A stretch of 64,000 nt of DNA from Chlorokybus atmophyticus (taxonomy: Eukaryota; Plantae; Mesostigma and Chlorokybus algae): contig RHPI01003642.1 in the NCBI GenBank assembly GCA_009103225.1, positions 641,116-705,115 on the forward strand. Reading direction: 5' to 3'. Below, piece after piece: positions 24,790 through 42,388 of this stretch. A program made the translations under genes and the position numbers. Within the stretch, counting starts at the first letter, position 1, and each line of letters opens with the position of its first letter. Under the pieces are notes generated by a model, which saw only the letters and a list, made by a program, of their open reading frames with translations, ran no database searches and had not been told where the DNA came from.

Positions 24790-26149
24790 ATGGAGCGGCG
24801 GCGGCGACGGCGGCGGAGGGAGGAGCTGGGGGCGGGGGAGGGGGCGGAGGGAGGGGAGAGGGGAGGAGGTCACGAGGACGAAGAAGAGGAGCCGGGAGCT
24901 GGGCGACGTGAGCGGCGTAAGAGGGGAGAGAAAAGAGGGGAGGTGGGACAGAGGGATGAGGGGCAAGCAGCCCGCAAACGGACGGGGCCAGCGGTAGTGA
25001 GGGGTCCCTCCTCGCCGTCTGCTGTTGTTGAGCATGATGGCGGACAGCATGCTTGTACACCGGGAAGCCTCGCCAAGCGTGAGCAAGCGAGGCTTAGCAG
25101 CCTGTTGCGCGGCATGGAGCCAGCTAGTGCTGGCAGAGCCAAAGGCATGTCCAAGCTGGAGAGCATGCAGCCGCAGCTGTTGCCTGCAGAACCCTCACAG
25201 CCTGCTTCTGCGGGCCACAGGAAGAAACTCAAGCGACTGAAGCAGCAACGGCAAGCGGAAGTTCAGGATAGACTACTGCCACCCAAGCCACGCAATGCTG
25301 CTGCCAACAGTAAGCACACACCTTAACGCGGTCGCATGGCCACTTGTGGTACTGTATTTTTCAGTCACGGCTATGCCTGCACCAGCTTGTGGTTTCCTTC
25401 CACCGGTCGTTGGTTGCTTAAGCGTTGCAGTTGTGCGTTGCTATGCTTGTAGATGCATGCTGTTTGTGCTGGCTGATTGAGGTACCAATTCAAATGTCTG
25501 TTGCAGCATTTGCAGAGATTGCAGATGCAGTCGATGCGGCAGCTGATGCGATGGTCATGAAGTTGGGGCGACGCGAGCGAGCTGCGGTCGAAGAAAAAAT
25601 CGGCCACTTTGCAGCCGACATGCGTGCACAGCTGTCTGAGTATGAGGACGCCCTAGTAGAGAGACAGCAACTTGATCGTGAGATTCGTCAGGTAATGGTT
25701 AGCACCTTTGTTTAGGCTTGTGCGTTTAGGATTTCATTTACATGACTTGGGCGTTGCAGGCCAAGCGGTTAATGAAGGAAGCGCGAGCCACACTGCTCAC
25801 ACTGCGGCGTGAGCAGCTGCAGATAGCGGATGAAATGGAGGCTGTTCAAATTGACTACAAAGAAGGTGAAGTCCGGCGCAAGCAGTTGGAGGATGCGCAT
25901 GGGTTCTTGACAGCATTGGAGTCTGCTCAGCCTGTTCAGAGCACAGATGCCCGTGGTCCTCAAGCAACAGCACAACTCCCACCTGAAAGTGCAGAGCAGA
26001 CAGTGCACAATGTAGCTGCCATGCTTGCGGCTGTCACATCACGCTGCCACAACGTCTCTGAGTTACATGCACTGAATGAGGACCTGCAGCAGTCCTTAAG
26101 CAGTTTACTGGCTTGGAAGTCCGCACAAGGTGGCTGTGGGGTGACGTAA
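24790..26149 (+). CDS. Coiled-coil protein resembling kinetochore CCAN subunit CENP-U/Ame1; 3 exons (24790, or 24685, to 25309; 25507-25691; 25760-26149)
   Basis: Splice phases join cleanly. A disordered, charged N-terminus is followed by IGHFAADMRAQL..LDREIRQAKRLMKEARATLLTLRREQLQIADEMEAVQIDYKEGEVRRKQLEDAHGFLTAL..VAAML..LHALNEDLQQSL, which aligns without gaps by eye to the CENP-U C-terminal domain as I remember it. Gene existence is well supported; identity is inferred. Confidence 0.6.
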
Positions 26150-26563
26150 CTGGGAGTGGGTTTAGGTAGAGTTCGACAGCTGTCATAGCAATGCCTTGTC
26201 GCTCAGCACACATTGCTGTGGTTGTGACAGCTGCATGGTGGTTTCAGTGTGCCAGCAATGTGGAGTGTTGCATACAATGTGGCGCATGTATGCGCATGCA
26301 AAGAAACATACAAGTGTTGGCAACGTACAGCATGGTTCTGTTGGATGTGTGCACTAAAGTCCACGCCAATCTGGAGTCAAATGTGCCTTCGATGACTTGA
26401 AAACTGCTTGCAAAGTGGCATGGAGTCAGTATCACTGGTTGCTATACACACAGTAACAACTTGTATTCTTGCATCAACTACAGGCAAACATGGCAGGCAG
26501 TAAGTCCCATAGCTGTGTTAACAATGCACGCATGCGAGCGTACAATAGCGATCCGCATGTTAA

Positions 26564-29353
<2,790 letters not shown>

Positions 29354-30159
29354 GTGTCACTCGACGTCCAACTTCCTGACTCAACTACTAGCAGCTGTGA
29401 AACCAGCGCTGCTGTGCTGTTGTGTGCAACGCTCTGCGCGCTTCAAGCCCCAAAAGGCATTGCGAAAAGCACTCACTAAACACCATCAAACCCTCCACGA
29501 CGCAGCAAGAAAGCTGCAAATGCACCCCGTCTGCGTTAACCCTTCACAGCCAAGCCACCAAACCCTATTCACACCGTCGCCGCTTCATCATGCCCCTAGC
29601 AACAGCGACAGCACAGCCTGTGTGGCGAGCAGAGAGTAGCGTGTTTGTGGTCCTTCAATGGCCGCCCTCACTGATGCCAAGCAGGCTTTGCGCCAGCACT
29701 CGACCTCGACCGCCTCACCACCAATCAACACGCTACCCACGCCCACAAGCAGCAAGCACACTCCACTGCCACCGCAAACAGCCTACGCTGCAGACCAAAC
29801 CCGCGCGCTGCTTCGCCCACTCCGCCACCACCCTCCCGCCCGCACCACCGCCGCCGCCACCACCACCCAGGGCGACGCTGCCACCAGCAAAGTCCCCAAT
29901 CCGGTCAGTCTCCCTCGAGCCGGAATCAGGACCTCGGCCAGCTGCAAGCTGATTGGCTGGGCTGTGAACTTTTGCACCAGCAGCAAAATGCGGGTGCGCT
30001 TGCAGCCGTCCGATGGCAGATATCTCTTTAGCCATCTCTAGCCTTTGGCACTGTCCGTGGCGTGGGCGGTGTCGGTGTAGGTGTGAGCGGCGGCGGTGAC
30101 GGTGGCAGTGCAGGTGGTGTTAGAGATAGAGGGTTGGTGGTGTTGGAGAGCTGGTCATC

Positions 30160-31323
30160 ATGGAGGCGGTTTCGACGCGCGTGTTCATGTCCTCAGTGGC
30201 TGTGAGCAGCAGCGCGAGGTGCAGCGGCGCTTGCTCGCATCCGAGCAGGAGCAATGTAGAGGCTGCTTCGGCTGTAAGCAGACGGGGTGCTTTCTGCGGG
30301 CAGCAGGTTACAGGGCGGCCGCACAGCGCGTCGTTGCATAGCTCCCCAGCTGCTGCTTCCGCTTCGCCTCGAAGAACTCCCACAGTGGCCGCTGTGAGGG
30401 TGTCCACTGCACGCACCGTCGTCCTCACCGCTACGCTTGTCGCTAAGGAAGGCGCCCGCGACGAAGTTATGCAGCTCTGCAAGGACGTTGTCAACAGGAC
30501 CAAAGAAACGCAGGTATGACCACTTACGCTGTTGAACAATGTCTGCAATGAGACCCGACATGCACTTCATGCGCCTACGCCTGCTCTCCCATTGCTTACT
30601 GCACGTTACAGCGTGGATTTCTCTTGTTCAAAGGAATCCTGCTGTAGTGTGCGCTGCTTTTGTGCCCCATGATGCTGCATGCGTGCTGCGTGCATGTCTC
30701 GTGGCATTCATTTGTTGCGTCATGCAGATGCAGCCGGGTTCAAAGAGTGGCGTCATTAGCTACGAGTGCAGCGAGGATGGGTATGAGCCAGGCGTTTTCC
30801 ACTTCTGGGAGCGCTACACAAGCCAGCAAACCATGACGGCGCACCTACAGTCAGAAGAGCACAAGACCTTTGTTGACCAGGCAAGGTTTCAAACGGCTAT
30901 CAACCGGGGTTGGCCAACCGCCGCATGAGTTATTTACCGATTGATGTGCAGGTGGCAAAGCTGCTCTCCAAGCCAATTGCTATGTGTCTGTATGAGTACA
31001 AGGACGGCCAATTGGGACCAGTTGCTTATCCTCTGGGTAAGTTGTTGCCTCGCTTTGTTGATTGACAAGGGTGAAGACACAGACCCCGACAGTTACAAAC
31101 AGTGACGAACACCACTAGTGTCGGGTGGCTTGATAATCACATGTTGAATGCAGGCCCCAAGGGTGAAGGAGGTCTGGATGATGCCACCGGCCAGGGCGGT
31201 ATGGCAGGTGGTGCAGGCATGAAGCAGCACGCGCAGGTAGACCTCGGAATGGTGGAGCGGGACTCTTGGGGACTGGACAAGATGCTGAAGAGCATGACCA
31301 GCATTTTGGGCGGGAAGAAGTAG
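30160..31323 (+). CDS. Antibiotic-biosynthesis-monooxygenase (ABM) domain protein with a probable plastid transit peptide; 4 exons
   Basis: Ser/Ala/Arg-rich N-terminus, then VVLTATLVAKEG..SYECSEDGYEPGVFHFWERY..HLQSEEH..F, and a C-terminal GPKGEGGLDDATG motif. Confidence 0.8.
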
Positions 31324-33199
31324 GCATGATAGACATTGTTTGTTTTGGCGCGTTTACATAGCAGCAATACACAGTGTAAACAATACTGCGTGTGAAATGC
31401 GGCGCGGCTGCGCACATGCATATTACTTGAACAGTGTGTGTGAAGAGCTTGGACTGGAATTTGATACACAGGGCACCTGCAATAGTGCACTCTTACTCAC
31501 CAAGCCTAGACATACATATGGCCTGTAGCAACAGTCCAAGCAAGTGCCAGATCAAGAAATTGCGATACTAAGACAACTGCAGTGCACTATGTGCAATGCG
31601 CAGGTTATTAATCACATTTTCTACCATGCAGTCTGCGCTCACACATCTATCAAGCTATGCACACCACAGGCAAGGTAAGATACGGTGCGGCAAGCAGGTG
31701 GGCGCAGTGACATGACACTTGGAGTCATCACGTTACATATACTCAGTGCCCTTATGTGCTATGCAATGCGTAGGCAAGGACAATTGTGGTAGACTTACAG
31801 GTAATTAGCAGGCAGCATGAAGGCGCCTTGCCGTGGTGGTCGATGTGGTGAGTGTTGGTGGTGTTGGTTGCATTGATGTGCACGTAGGTATGCATTCGCT
31901 CTTGCAACTTTTGTACAATGCATATGGTATATGCCATAGGGCAAAGAAGCAATCCAAATGCACAACAAGCAGCACCGCAAGCAGCAGCAAGCCAGCAAGC
32001 TGGACACAAAGACAGGCAAGAGCAAGACTTCAATTACTACAGGGGGCTTTACAACTATGTGCACTACATGCACTACGTGCTTTAGGCGGGGCATGCATGC
32101 AATATGACTTATACCCTATGCATGTGTGGTAGGGTGCAGTGTAAGACCCGCTCGCACAAGCTTAGACACTGACTACACTTGGCAAGGGCAAGAGAGTAGG
32201 GAAACACAAGTGTTAGCAACGCAGCAATAAGTAAGTAATAGTGAATGCGAGTTAATATGCAGTCTACCAGCTGTTAACACAATCTCAAAGCGCTCGTGCA
32301 ACAACTCGGTTGTTGCGCAACATTTGCAATCCCTAACCTTAACTCACCACAACAATGCAAATGCGTTGCAGGATTAATATAACAAAGTCTTGATACAATG
32401 CAAGTCGTCATCGCTCCATCACGCGGCCGTTGCTGTGCAGGTTGTCCTCTCGTCTATTGCGTGCCCTTGCTTTGCCCTACCTTTTTATTACGTTAGGCCT
32501 CTTTCTACGTATACTACTAGGGTCTTTGTTGCGTCTAGCTGAGTCTAGAACGTTGTTCAGACCTATCGTGGTGGATTGTAGTCCAGCTGTGTAAGTTGCG
32601 ACATCTGCAACTTGCAAAAGTACACAACAATATATATAAGTTTAACAAAGAATGCGAACGCAAATGACGCGTGTGCGTTTGAATATCGCAACCCTCGCGT
32701 GAAGTGTCAAAAGTTAACTATTGTGCGTTTGGTGACTTAACGCACACAACCCATCAACATGTATGTTTTATAATCAACATAAATACGTCAATAAAAGAGC
32801 AGTTATGAGCATGTTTTCAACAGACTTATCGTAACTTCGCTGCAAGATGTTTATGTGATTAAGACTATCTACGAAATGCAATAGAGACCTGACGCGTGGT
32901 CTTACTGTGTGCTTCAATAACCATTTCACATAAGTTCGAGTAAAGCTGCGTGGGATATTCTGTGGCAGGGGCTATGCAAAAAGTAGTGAAAATTGTCACA
33001 GCATTAATGGCCTCGTCGTCATAGGCTGCAAATATTCGCGACGTCAAACGCAACTTTATTGGGGATTTTTATGACAGCGCCGCCGGTACTCAACATATCA
33101 CCCCACGAAGCCTAATTCGGCGGTGTACGAAATCAATTATAAAAGCACACTGCATTCATTATATAATAACTAACTTTATGATGTACACCTATTGATTAT

Positions 33200-34290
33200 T
33201 ATTTAACAAAACAATGCATAATGTTGCATTTAACTTAAGAGAAAAAATTGTTCGCATTCTGTTTGTAAGTGTGACCGCTTGTATTTCATATGTTTCAATA
33301 TGTTTACTTAGCCGATCCGCACAACATGCTTGATAGGTTGTATTTATTAGTAGCATATTACAACATGTCATTGAATTGTGAGGGCGCGACATCGATGACA
33401 GCAACGGTGGCGAAGACATGTATGCCCACGTTGCCATGGAGTAAAGCGGCAACCTCACCCGTGGTCCATAATATTGGGGTCAGCACAATCGCGCCTCAGC
33501 TTGGCTCTCACACATGGGCGCCGCGACGGAGGCAGTGAGCTTAAAAGCACACAACCATTTCACCACTGCAGCTTTTGTCATACATGCGCGACTACTGTAT
33601 GTGCAATTATATGTACCAAAGTGAAGAAAAGCACTTTGCTGCTGAACATGCACAAACGGGGTGTTTCGTCAGCTATGACCACCTGCATTTACACGCGCAT
33701 GTAACCTTTTTTAACAATCTATTATGTGATATATACAACTCTTGATAATGTTGGCAAACTTGAAAACATGATGCATAATGCTGCGTCAGATTGTGAAGAT
33801 GTTTGAAAATTGTTTGTCTTAAGTTGCTATAAGGTATCATATGATATCAACTTGAAGTGGGAGATCGCTTTCAAATTGTTAGTTTTAATATGTTTGCTTA
33901 TTTAATGTAATTATCTTAAGCATAGAACATGCATATGCCATTTAAGTGGTGAGGGCGCGACATAGATGTAACAATGATGGTGTCAAAGATTGTATGCTCA
34001 CATCATTACACGTTTAAAGCGGCAACCTCACTCGTGGTCCACAATATTAAGGTCAGCATTTTTGAGCCTCAGCTCGGCTCTTACACACATGAACGCAGCG
34101 ACGGAGGCAATGAGCTCAAAAGCACACAACCATTTGGCAGCCGCAGCTCTTATCATACAAGGGCGCCTATTGCGTGTGTGTAATAGTACGCACAAAATTG
34201 AAGAAAAGCAGATTGCTAGTGAACATTATATGCACAAGCAGGGTGTCCCGACAGCCATGACCACCTGCATTCACGCGCATGCAAGTCTCT
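33200..34290. repeat. Degenerate two-copy tandem duplication, period about 560-570 bp
   Basis: gagggcgcgacat occurs at 33380 and 33951; taaagcggcaacctcac..gtggtcc..aatatt..ggtcagca, gcgacggaggca..gagct.aaaagcacacaaccattt and atgaccacctgcatt.acgcgcatg also recur in register. Confidence 0.85.
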
Positions 34291-34671
34291 CCCAAACAGA
34301 GTCAATCAATTATTGAGATCATCGCACATTTTACACGGTGACTGATAAGAGACTCAGGACTGTCGAATGCCTGACCCTATCTGACCCTAACGGACCTAAC
34401 GACTTCGACCACAAAGGGAATAAATGAACTGAGCCGTCAGTGGCGTGTCGATTATAGTGTCGATTATAGTCTCAGTCGACGCGGGCCGAATTGACGTTGT
34501 CGAACTTTGACGGTAAAAGTGCCTGTCGACGTCGACATGAGACAACCGTTCAACAGTTCGAGCGGGATGGACTTGTTGTCTGAGAATCACAATGTGATTT
34601 AGGGTTGGTGGGCACAAGGACATCTACATGGCGGCAAAAAGAAGTGGCGCCGGCGGGAGAAGCACAAAGAC

Positions 34672-34681
34672 AAACCCTAAA
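34672..34681 (+). promoter_or_regulatory. Telo-box AAACCCTAAA upstream of the enoyl-CoA hydratase gene; an opposite-strand copy TTTAGGGTT is at 34598-34606
   Basis: Exact plant telo-box sequence close to a gene 5' end. Confidence 0.55.
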
Positions 34682-35052
34682 TCCCACACAATGAACAGGC
34701 ACTGTCGATGTCGACGCGCGTCGGCGCCTCCAAACGTGTCATGCTCAGTCGACCTCGACATGAGATGACCGATCCACCTCTGTCAGCATCGACAGAACCC
34801 AACAGCCTGTTGCCTGTCATCGTCGACACGCGCTCAATTGTTGACATTGCTGAGTTAATACTTGCCTCACCAGCACTGCTCCGGCTCCCCGACTGCAAAG
34901 GGCCTGTCACAGCTTGTGGTGACCGGCTGACGTCAGCAGCCGAGGTGCCACCTCGGATAAGCTCAAAAGCGAAATGCAACGCTGCTCGCACTTGTCGCGC
35001 TTCTGTCCGCCGAGCGGCGGCGGTGGACGGTGACATCGTCTTCCGCGACACC

Positions 35053-36657
35053 ATGGAGGGCGGCTCGTTGGTAGCGGTTGAACGCCGTGAGCACGTCGCC
35101 ATCGTGACGTTGAACCGGCCCGCCGCCCTTAACGCGCTCACCGTGGGCATGATTCAGGAGCTGGCCGCAGTGTTCCGGGAGCTGAAAACGGACGCCACGC
35201 TGTGCTGCGCCGTCCTCACCGGCGCCGGAAAGGCCTTCTGTGCCGGTGTGGTAAGACCTGAGTGTCTGACATTGTTGCGTACGCGTTGCATACCTGGGCC
35301 AACGCATGTGTAGTTCCCGTTTGGAGAGTGCGTACGTTCTTCCACACAACAGTTGGCTCGCTACTGCGACAGCAGCAATGCCGGCGCACACACCAACGAC
35401 TCGACTGTACTGTAAAGGCTCATGTCAATATGCGCACTAGGCTTTCGTGCATACATCACAATTACATGTGTTCCTCCCCCTTTGCCATTCCAGCGAGATT
35501 TGAACATGGAAGTGACCTGCGCCACGCTATGTTCATGCTGGGCATCGAAGTAGCGCGATTGCACAAGTACAAGAACGTGTATGTAGCTGTGATCAGAAAG
35601 CCTTTTCTATTGTTGTGACAAACCGCACACCATGCAATCTGCAATGCTTGCAACACAGCTTGCATGCCTATCGCCACGGTGCATGAGTTCGGTCGATTGG
35701 TTGTACTCATTGCACCGGCAGCATTGCAGCCAGACTCAGTGCATTGGCAAATACCTTGCATGTACACTGGCCAACCACGCTTCATTTTGGCTGCCACTTC
35801 GGGGTATGCCCACAGAAAAATACGCTGCGTCCCACGCGCTTTTCCATTGTCAGGTCACAAGCAGATCAGCTAACTCTGCTGCTTTACGATTGAACAGGAT
35901 CTGACCGCCGGCCAGTCTGTCTTCCAAGGAGGCTACCGTGATCCAGAAACGGACCCCGTTGCACAGATGGAGGCCTGTCCTTTCCCAATTATTGGAGCTG
36001 TAAATGGTGCTGCATACACTGGCGGATTTGAGCTAGCACTCGCTTGCGATGTACTTGTGGCCTCATCCAGTGCCAAGTTTGCTGACACGCATGTGAAGTT
36101 TGGAGTTATGCCAGGGTAAGATTAAACCATAACTTGGTGTTAGCTGCTGCACAGATGGCAAAGTTGTGCGGACAGGCTTATGCTTGCCAGTTTATGCGCA
36201 GTTGGGGTTTGTCACAGAAGCTCTCGCGGTTAATAGGTGCTAACCGCGCTCGCGAAGTGTCCTTCACTGCGCAGCCTATTGATGGAGCGCTGGCAGAGAG
36301 ATGGGGCTTGGTCAGCAGAGTGGTCGCCCCTTCAGAGCTTATGCCTACTGCGCTCAGCATTGCAGCGAGCATATGCAGCAATGTGCCTGACCTTGTGCGG
36401 CGCTACAAGTCTGTGCTGAACGATGGACTCAGCTTGCCACTTGGCGAAGCAAGGCAGCTTGAACGGGTGAGGATGCAATCCTGTAGGTCCATCTTGTGCT
36501 TACTGCGTTCATTCTGCCCGCACTCCCTGACTATTTTACCTTGCTGCAGGATCGGGCCGCAGACTATTACTCCAACATGACTCCAGATCAATTCAAGGCC
36601 ATGCAGGATTTCATCCAACAGAGGTCGAAGTCGCAGTCTGCAAGGTCGAAGCTATGA
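35053..36657 (+). CDS. ECHIA: Peroxisomal enoyl-CoA hydratase/isomerase family protein (ECHIA-like) with PTS1 SKL; 4 exons
   Basis: AIVTLNRPAALNAL, TGAGKAFCAGV|DLT, DPETDPVAQME..PIIGAVNG..GGFELALACD..FADTH..GWGLSQKLSRLIGANRAREVS; ends ARSKL*. Confidence 0.93.
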
Positions 36658-37554
36658 AAATACCAACAGTTACTCGTCGTTCCTCAGATGGCGTTTTGTG
36701 CTGCAAACACACATTGCTTGTGCAATGCTTCCTAGCAGCAGGGTGTTAGCAAGGCTGCAGGCCACAGCCTGGGAATGCCATGGCATTGGCGTCCTCTATT
36801 GCAAATCCTGCGCATGCTGCAAAACTCATGCTAGTCGCTTATGCATTGTAGACCTCTCTGTACCACTACACAACTATCTGACATGAGCTGTCATGCTAAA
36901 AGATGCCATAGTGCCACTCCACGCGCATGCCCACGCAGTTACAAGCAATCAAGCAGCAGCTGTCGTACTGTGTACATCAACCTCTAGTCTACTACGCACA
37001 TGCAAGGTATTGCATGGTCATACATGACATCATGCACATATTTCATCAAGCAAATGAGCATACGCATGTGATTAGATGCCTGCACCGGGTACTATGACTA
37101 GCGCACACTCTATACTACCCACCCCGCTAGACATGGCAGTCAACATGCAGTCCATGTTTACCTGCAACACGCCAAGGTGTGGGTACCTATACCAAGCACT
37201 GATGCACTTCATGTTTGAGTTGATGCAACCGCGCGATGGCCAGGCTATATCGCGTCGACAGTATACTATACTCTGGTCCAGCATCATGCAGGGAATGCAA
37301 GGGCGTTGTGGCATTGGTTCCCACAAACAGTTGATGACCCACTTTCAGCGCGCCCACCATGGCCACCAGGCGCCATAGCAACATCTGAGTGCAGTGCTGA
37401 GGGCGAAAGACATTGAGAAACCATGCACCTCAGCAATGCAGAAGGCATACACAGGTAGAACTGCACACAATAATGACAACAACCACAGGTTGTAATGGAT
37501 ACCATTGTTCTCTTCCAGCAAGCGCAATACATGCCACGCAGGCATAAAGATTGA

Positions 37555-39981
<2,427 letters not shown>

Positions 39982-40133
39982 TGCCACCGTCCTGTCGTCC
40001 CTGGAAATTTGCAGGTCAGGTTCTGTCAGCACTCGACGCAGCGCCTGTCTACCAGCCCATCCCAGCACCGCCCTCTACACGGGCACCGCCGCCGACACCG
40101 CCGCCGGCGAGCAAAGAGACGCCAGGGCGCCGG

Positions 40134-40160
40134 AAACCCTAACTCTAACGAACCGGATCC
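40134..40160 (+). promoter_or_regulatory. Telo-box AAACCCTAA plus CGAACCGGATCC motif in the PurA/GRAM divergent promoter
   Basis: AAACCCTAA at 40134-40142 and CGAACCGGATCC at 40149-40160. Confidence 0.55.
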
Positions 40161-40443
40161 AATAAGGGAAATTAGTCAATCGGGATCGTCCGACGCCCAA
40201 GCGTGGCCCAAGTGGCGTAATAATCAGAGCCACTGTAACACGTCAGGTGGTCAGTGCAGCGCTTATCGCCGCCTGTATAGGCGGGAAAGGCTGGGAGGCG
40301 GGGGATAAAGCTTGGTGGGTTCTTGTTCTTGTTCTTGCCCTTGTTGTGCTCATTGTAGGCGTGCGCTGCGTGCTTGTGCTAGGGTCGGCTTCTCGCCGGA
40401 CTGGAACTCTGGGAGAGGGAAGCCTGGTGGTGTGGTCAGGGCG

Positions 40444-42388
40444 ATGCCGGCCGGCGACCCCGGCCTGAGCTTAGATTCGGACTGGGAGGCGGTGGAGGCG
40501 GTAAAGGACTCGGACGTTGAGGACGCCATGGTGAGCCCCTCTGCAACAGCGGAGCCACCACCTCCTGAGGCGCAGGAGGCGGAGGTAGCAATTGGCACAG
40601 ACGACGACAACGACGACCTTGACGACCGTGGCGGCGACGACAAGAATGACGGCGCTGGCCAGCGCAGTCGTGGTGAGGGCGCCGCAGCCGACAGCCAGCA
40701 ATTGCCGTCCCCTCAAGCTGCCGCCGCCACCTCTGAGCCCGCGCAAACACAAGACGACCAAGACAAGCCGCAGGTTGAGGCCGGCAGCGCAGCAGACGCG
40801 CCACCTCTAGGTACTTGTCTTTTGTACTTGTAGTTGCCACTTTGACATAGTCAATTCTCAAGCATAGCATTTCGTGTAATTCTGCATGTTTGGTACCAAT
40901 GCAGTGACAGCCAATCACTCTTGCGTGAAGAGTTTGCGCAAACATTGCTGTGTGTAAGTCCAAAGAGTGTGTGCACCAGCGTAACTTGCCTTAACTGACT
41001 ACAATAGCACACCACAAGTTGAGCAAATCTTGATCCTCAGGTCCCACCTTGGCGGGTTGGGATGCTGCGCTGGGGGGTGATGCCTGGTTGGCGGGCGGAG
41101 CGACCCCGCATGGAGAGCGGGATTGGCAAGAAGTTGAGGAGGTGCTGTTCTGTCCATAGCTTCTTGTGAGATCACTTGCAATGCCCCGGTAGTGTTTGTG
41201 CCAATAGCCGATTGCAAAGCAGATGCAGCGAACTGCGCAAGAATTCGCAGCGGATGTAGCAGTCATGGCTGCGGCAGCTCGCAAGGAGGCTGCAGCTGCT
41301 GTGAGCAAGGTATGACTTCCACAAAGCATACATCCCTTGTGTTGCATGTAGGCAAGGGGTGCAATTTGGTTTGGTGATGTTCAGAGCGTCTTCGTTGCAG
41401 CTGTCTTGAGTAGCATTGTGGTCACATTTAACGTTGCAGTGAATGTCTGTGGTTTGAATGCAACATATGTGCACTTACAGGGCGAGCAGTTGGTCGTCGA
41501 GGGCATGAGGCGGCTCGAGCAGACAGCACCCGGCCTCAAGAATGTGGCACAGGGTTTGGGAACCAAGCTCACCAGCTGGTGGAGCCATTTTGACCCTGTG
41601 CCAACAGCAGCTAGCGAACCAGCGGCAAGCCCATCCACCCGCCAGCGTCGGCTTGAAGCAGACCCCAGGGTGTTGCAGTCCGTCTTCAACCTTCCAGTCG
41701 AAGAGCACCTGTTGGAAGGTGTGTGATGCGAGGCGGTTCGTTGGCTGTTATCACTGTGGCCATCTGAGAGGTTGCATGCAGTTCAGTTGGTTCCAGTCAT
41801 GTTTGACAAGCTGACATTGTTTGTGCTGCACAGCATTCCGTTGCAAGCTTTTGCAAACATACCGCTGCGCGCACAATGGATACACTCCAGATATCCAAAT
41901 GGCGTTTCAAGGCACACTATACATAAGTGATAAGCATGTCTGCTTTCATATAGAAGAGCGCGGCCGGCGCCTGCCAGTAAGGACCAAAAACGACACGAGC
42001 TTCGATACATGCCATGTGTTGCAACAGTCCTGGCTTAGGGTCTCATGCTGCGATGTCTGATGAGCGTTGTGCCTGTATAAGGTGGTGGTTGAGCATGCAC
42101 AAGTTACCAGTGTGTTGCGACAAGCGGCTCGCGCTAAAGGGGAGTCAGACATTCTCAAGTTGGAGTTACAGAATGCCGAATCTGTAAGTGGTCAAGCACT
42201 GCACCCCAACTTCTCATGATTTGACTGCATGGTCGAGAGGTCCTTGGTGTATCGCATTTCGCATGTCTCGTCACCTCATAACCAATGCCTGTTGCCTGAA
42301 CACACAGATCAGCATGCGCGACTTTGAAGGCAAGGACTTGGAGAGTGCACATGCACTTCTGGAGCATATGTGTGAGCCTGCAGAGTAA
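40444..42388 (+). CDS. GRAM/PH-like domain protein with an acidic disordered N-terminus, multi-exon
   Basis: SDWEAV and an acidic leader, then SVFNLPVEEHLLE|AFRCKLLQTY..FQGTLYISDKHVCF, a GRAM-type F.C.L/GTLYIS...CF pattern. Middle exon boundaries are uncertain. Confidence 0.65.

Noticed and set aside
34708-35052. 115-aa N-terminal extension of the enoyl-CoA hydratase
   Set aside because: The upstream start is in promoter/5' UTR repeat sequence; family homology begins at ATG 35053 and the protein already carries a C-terminal PTS1.
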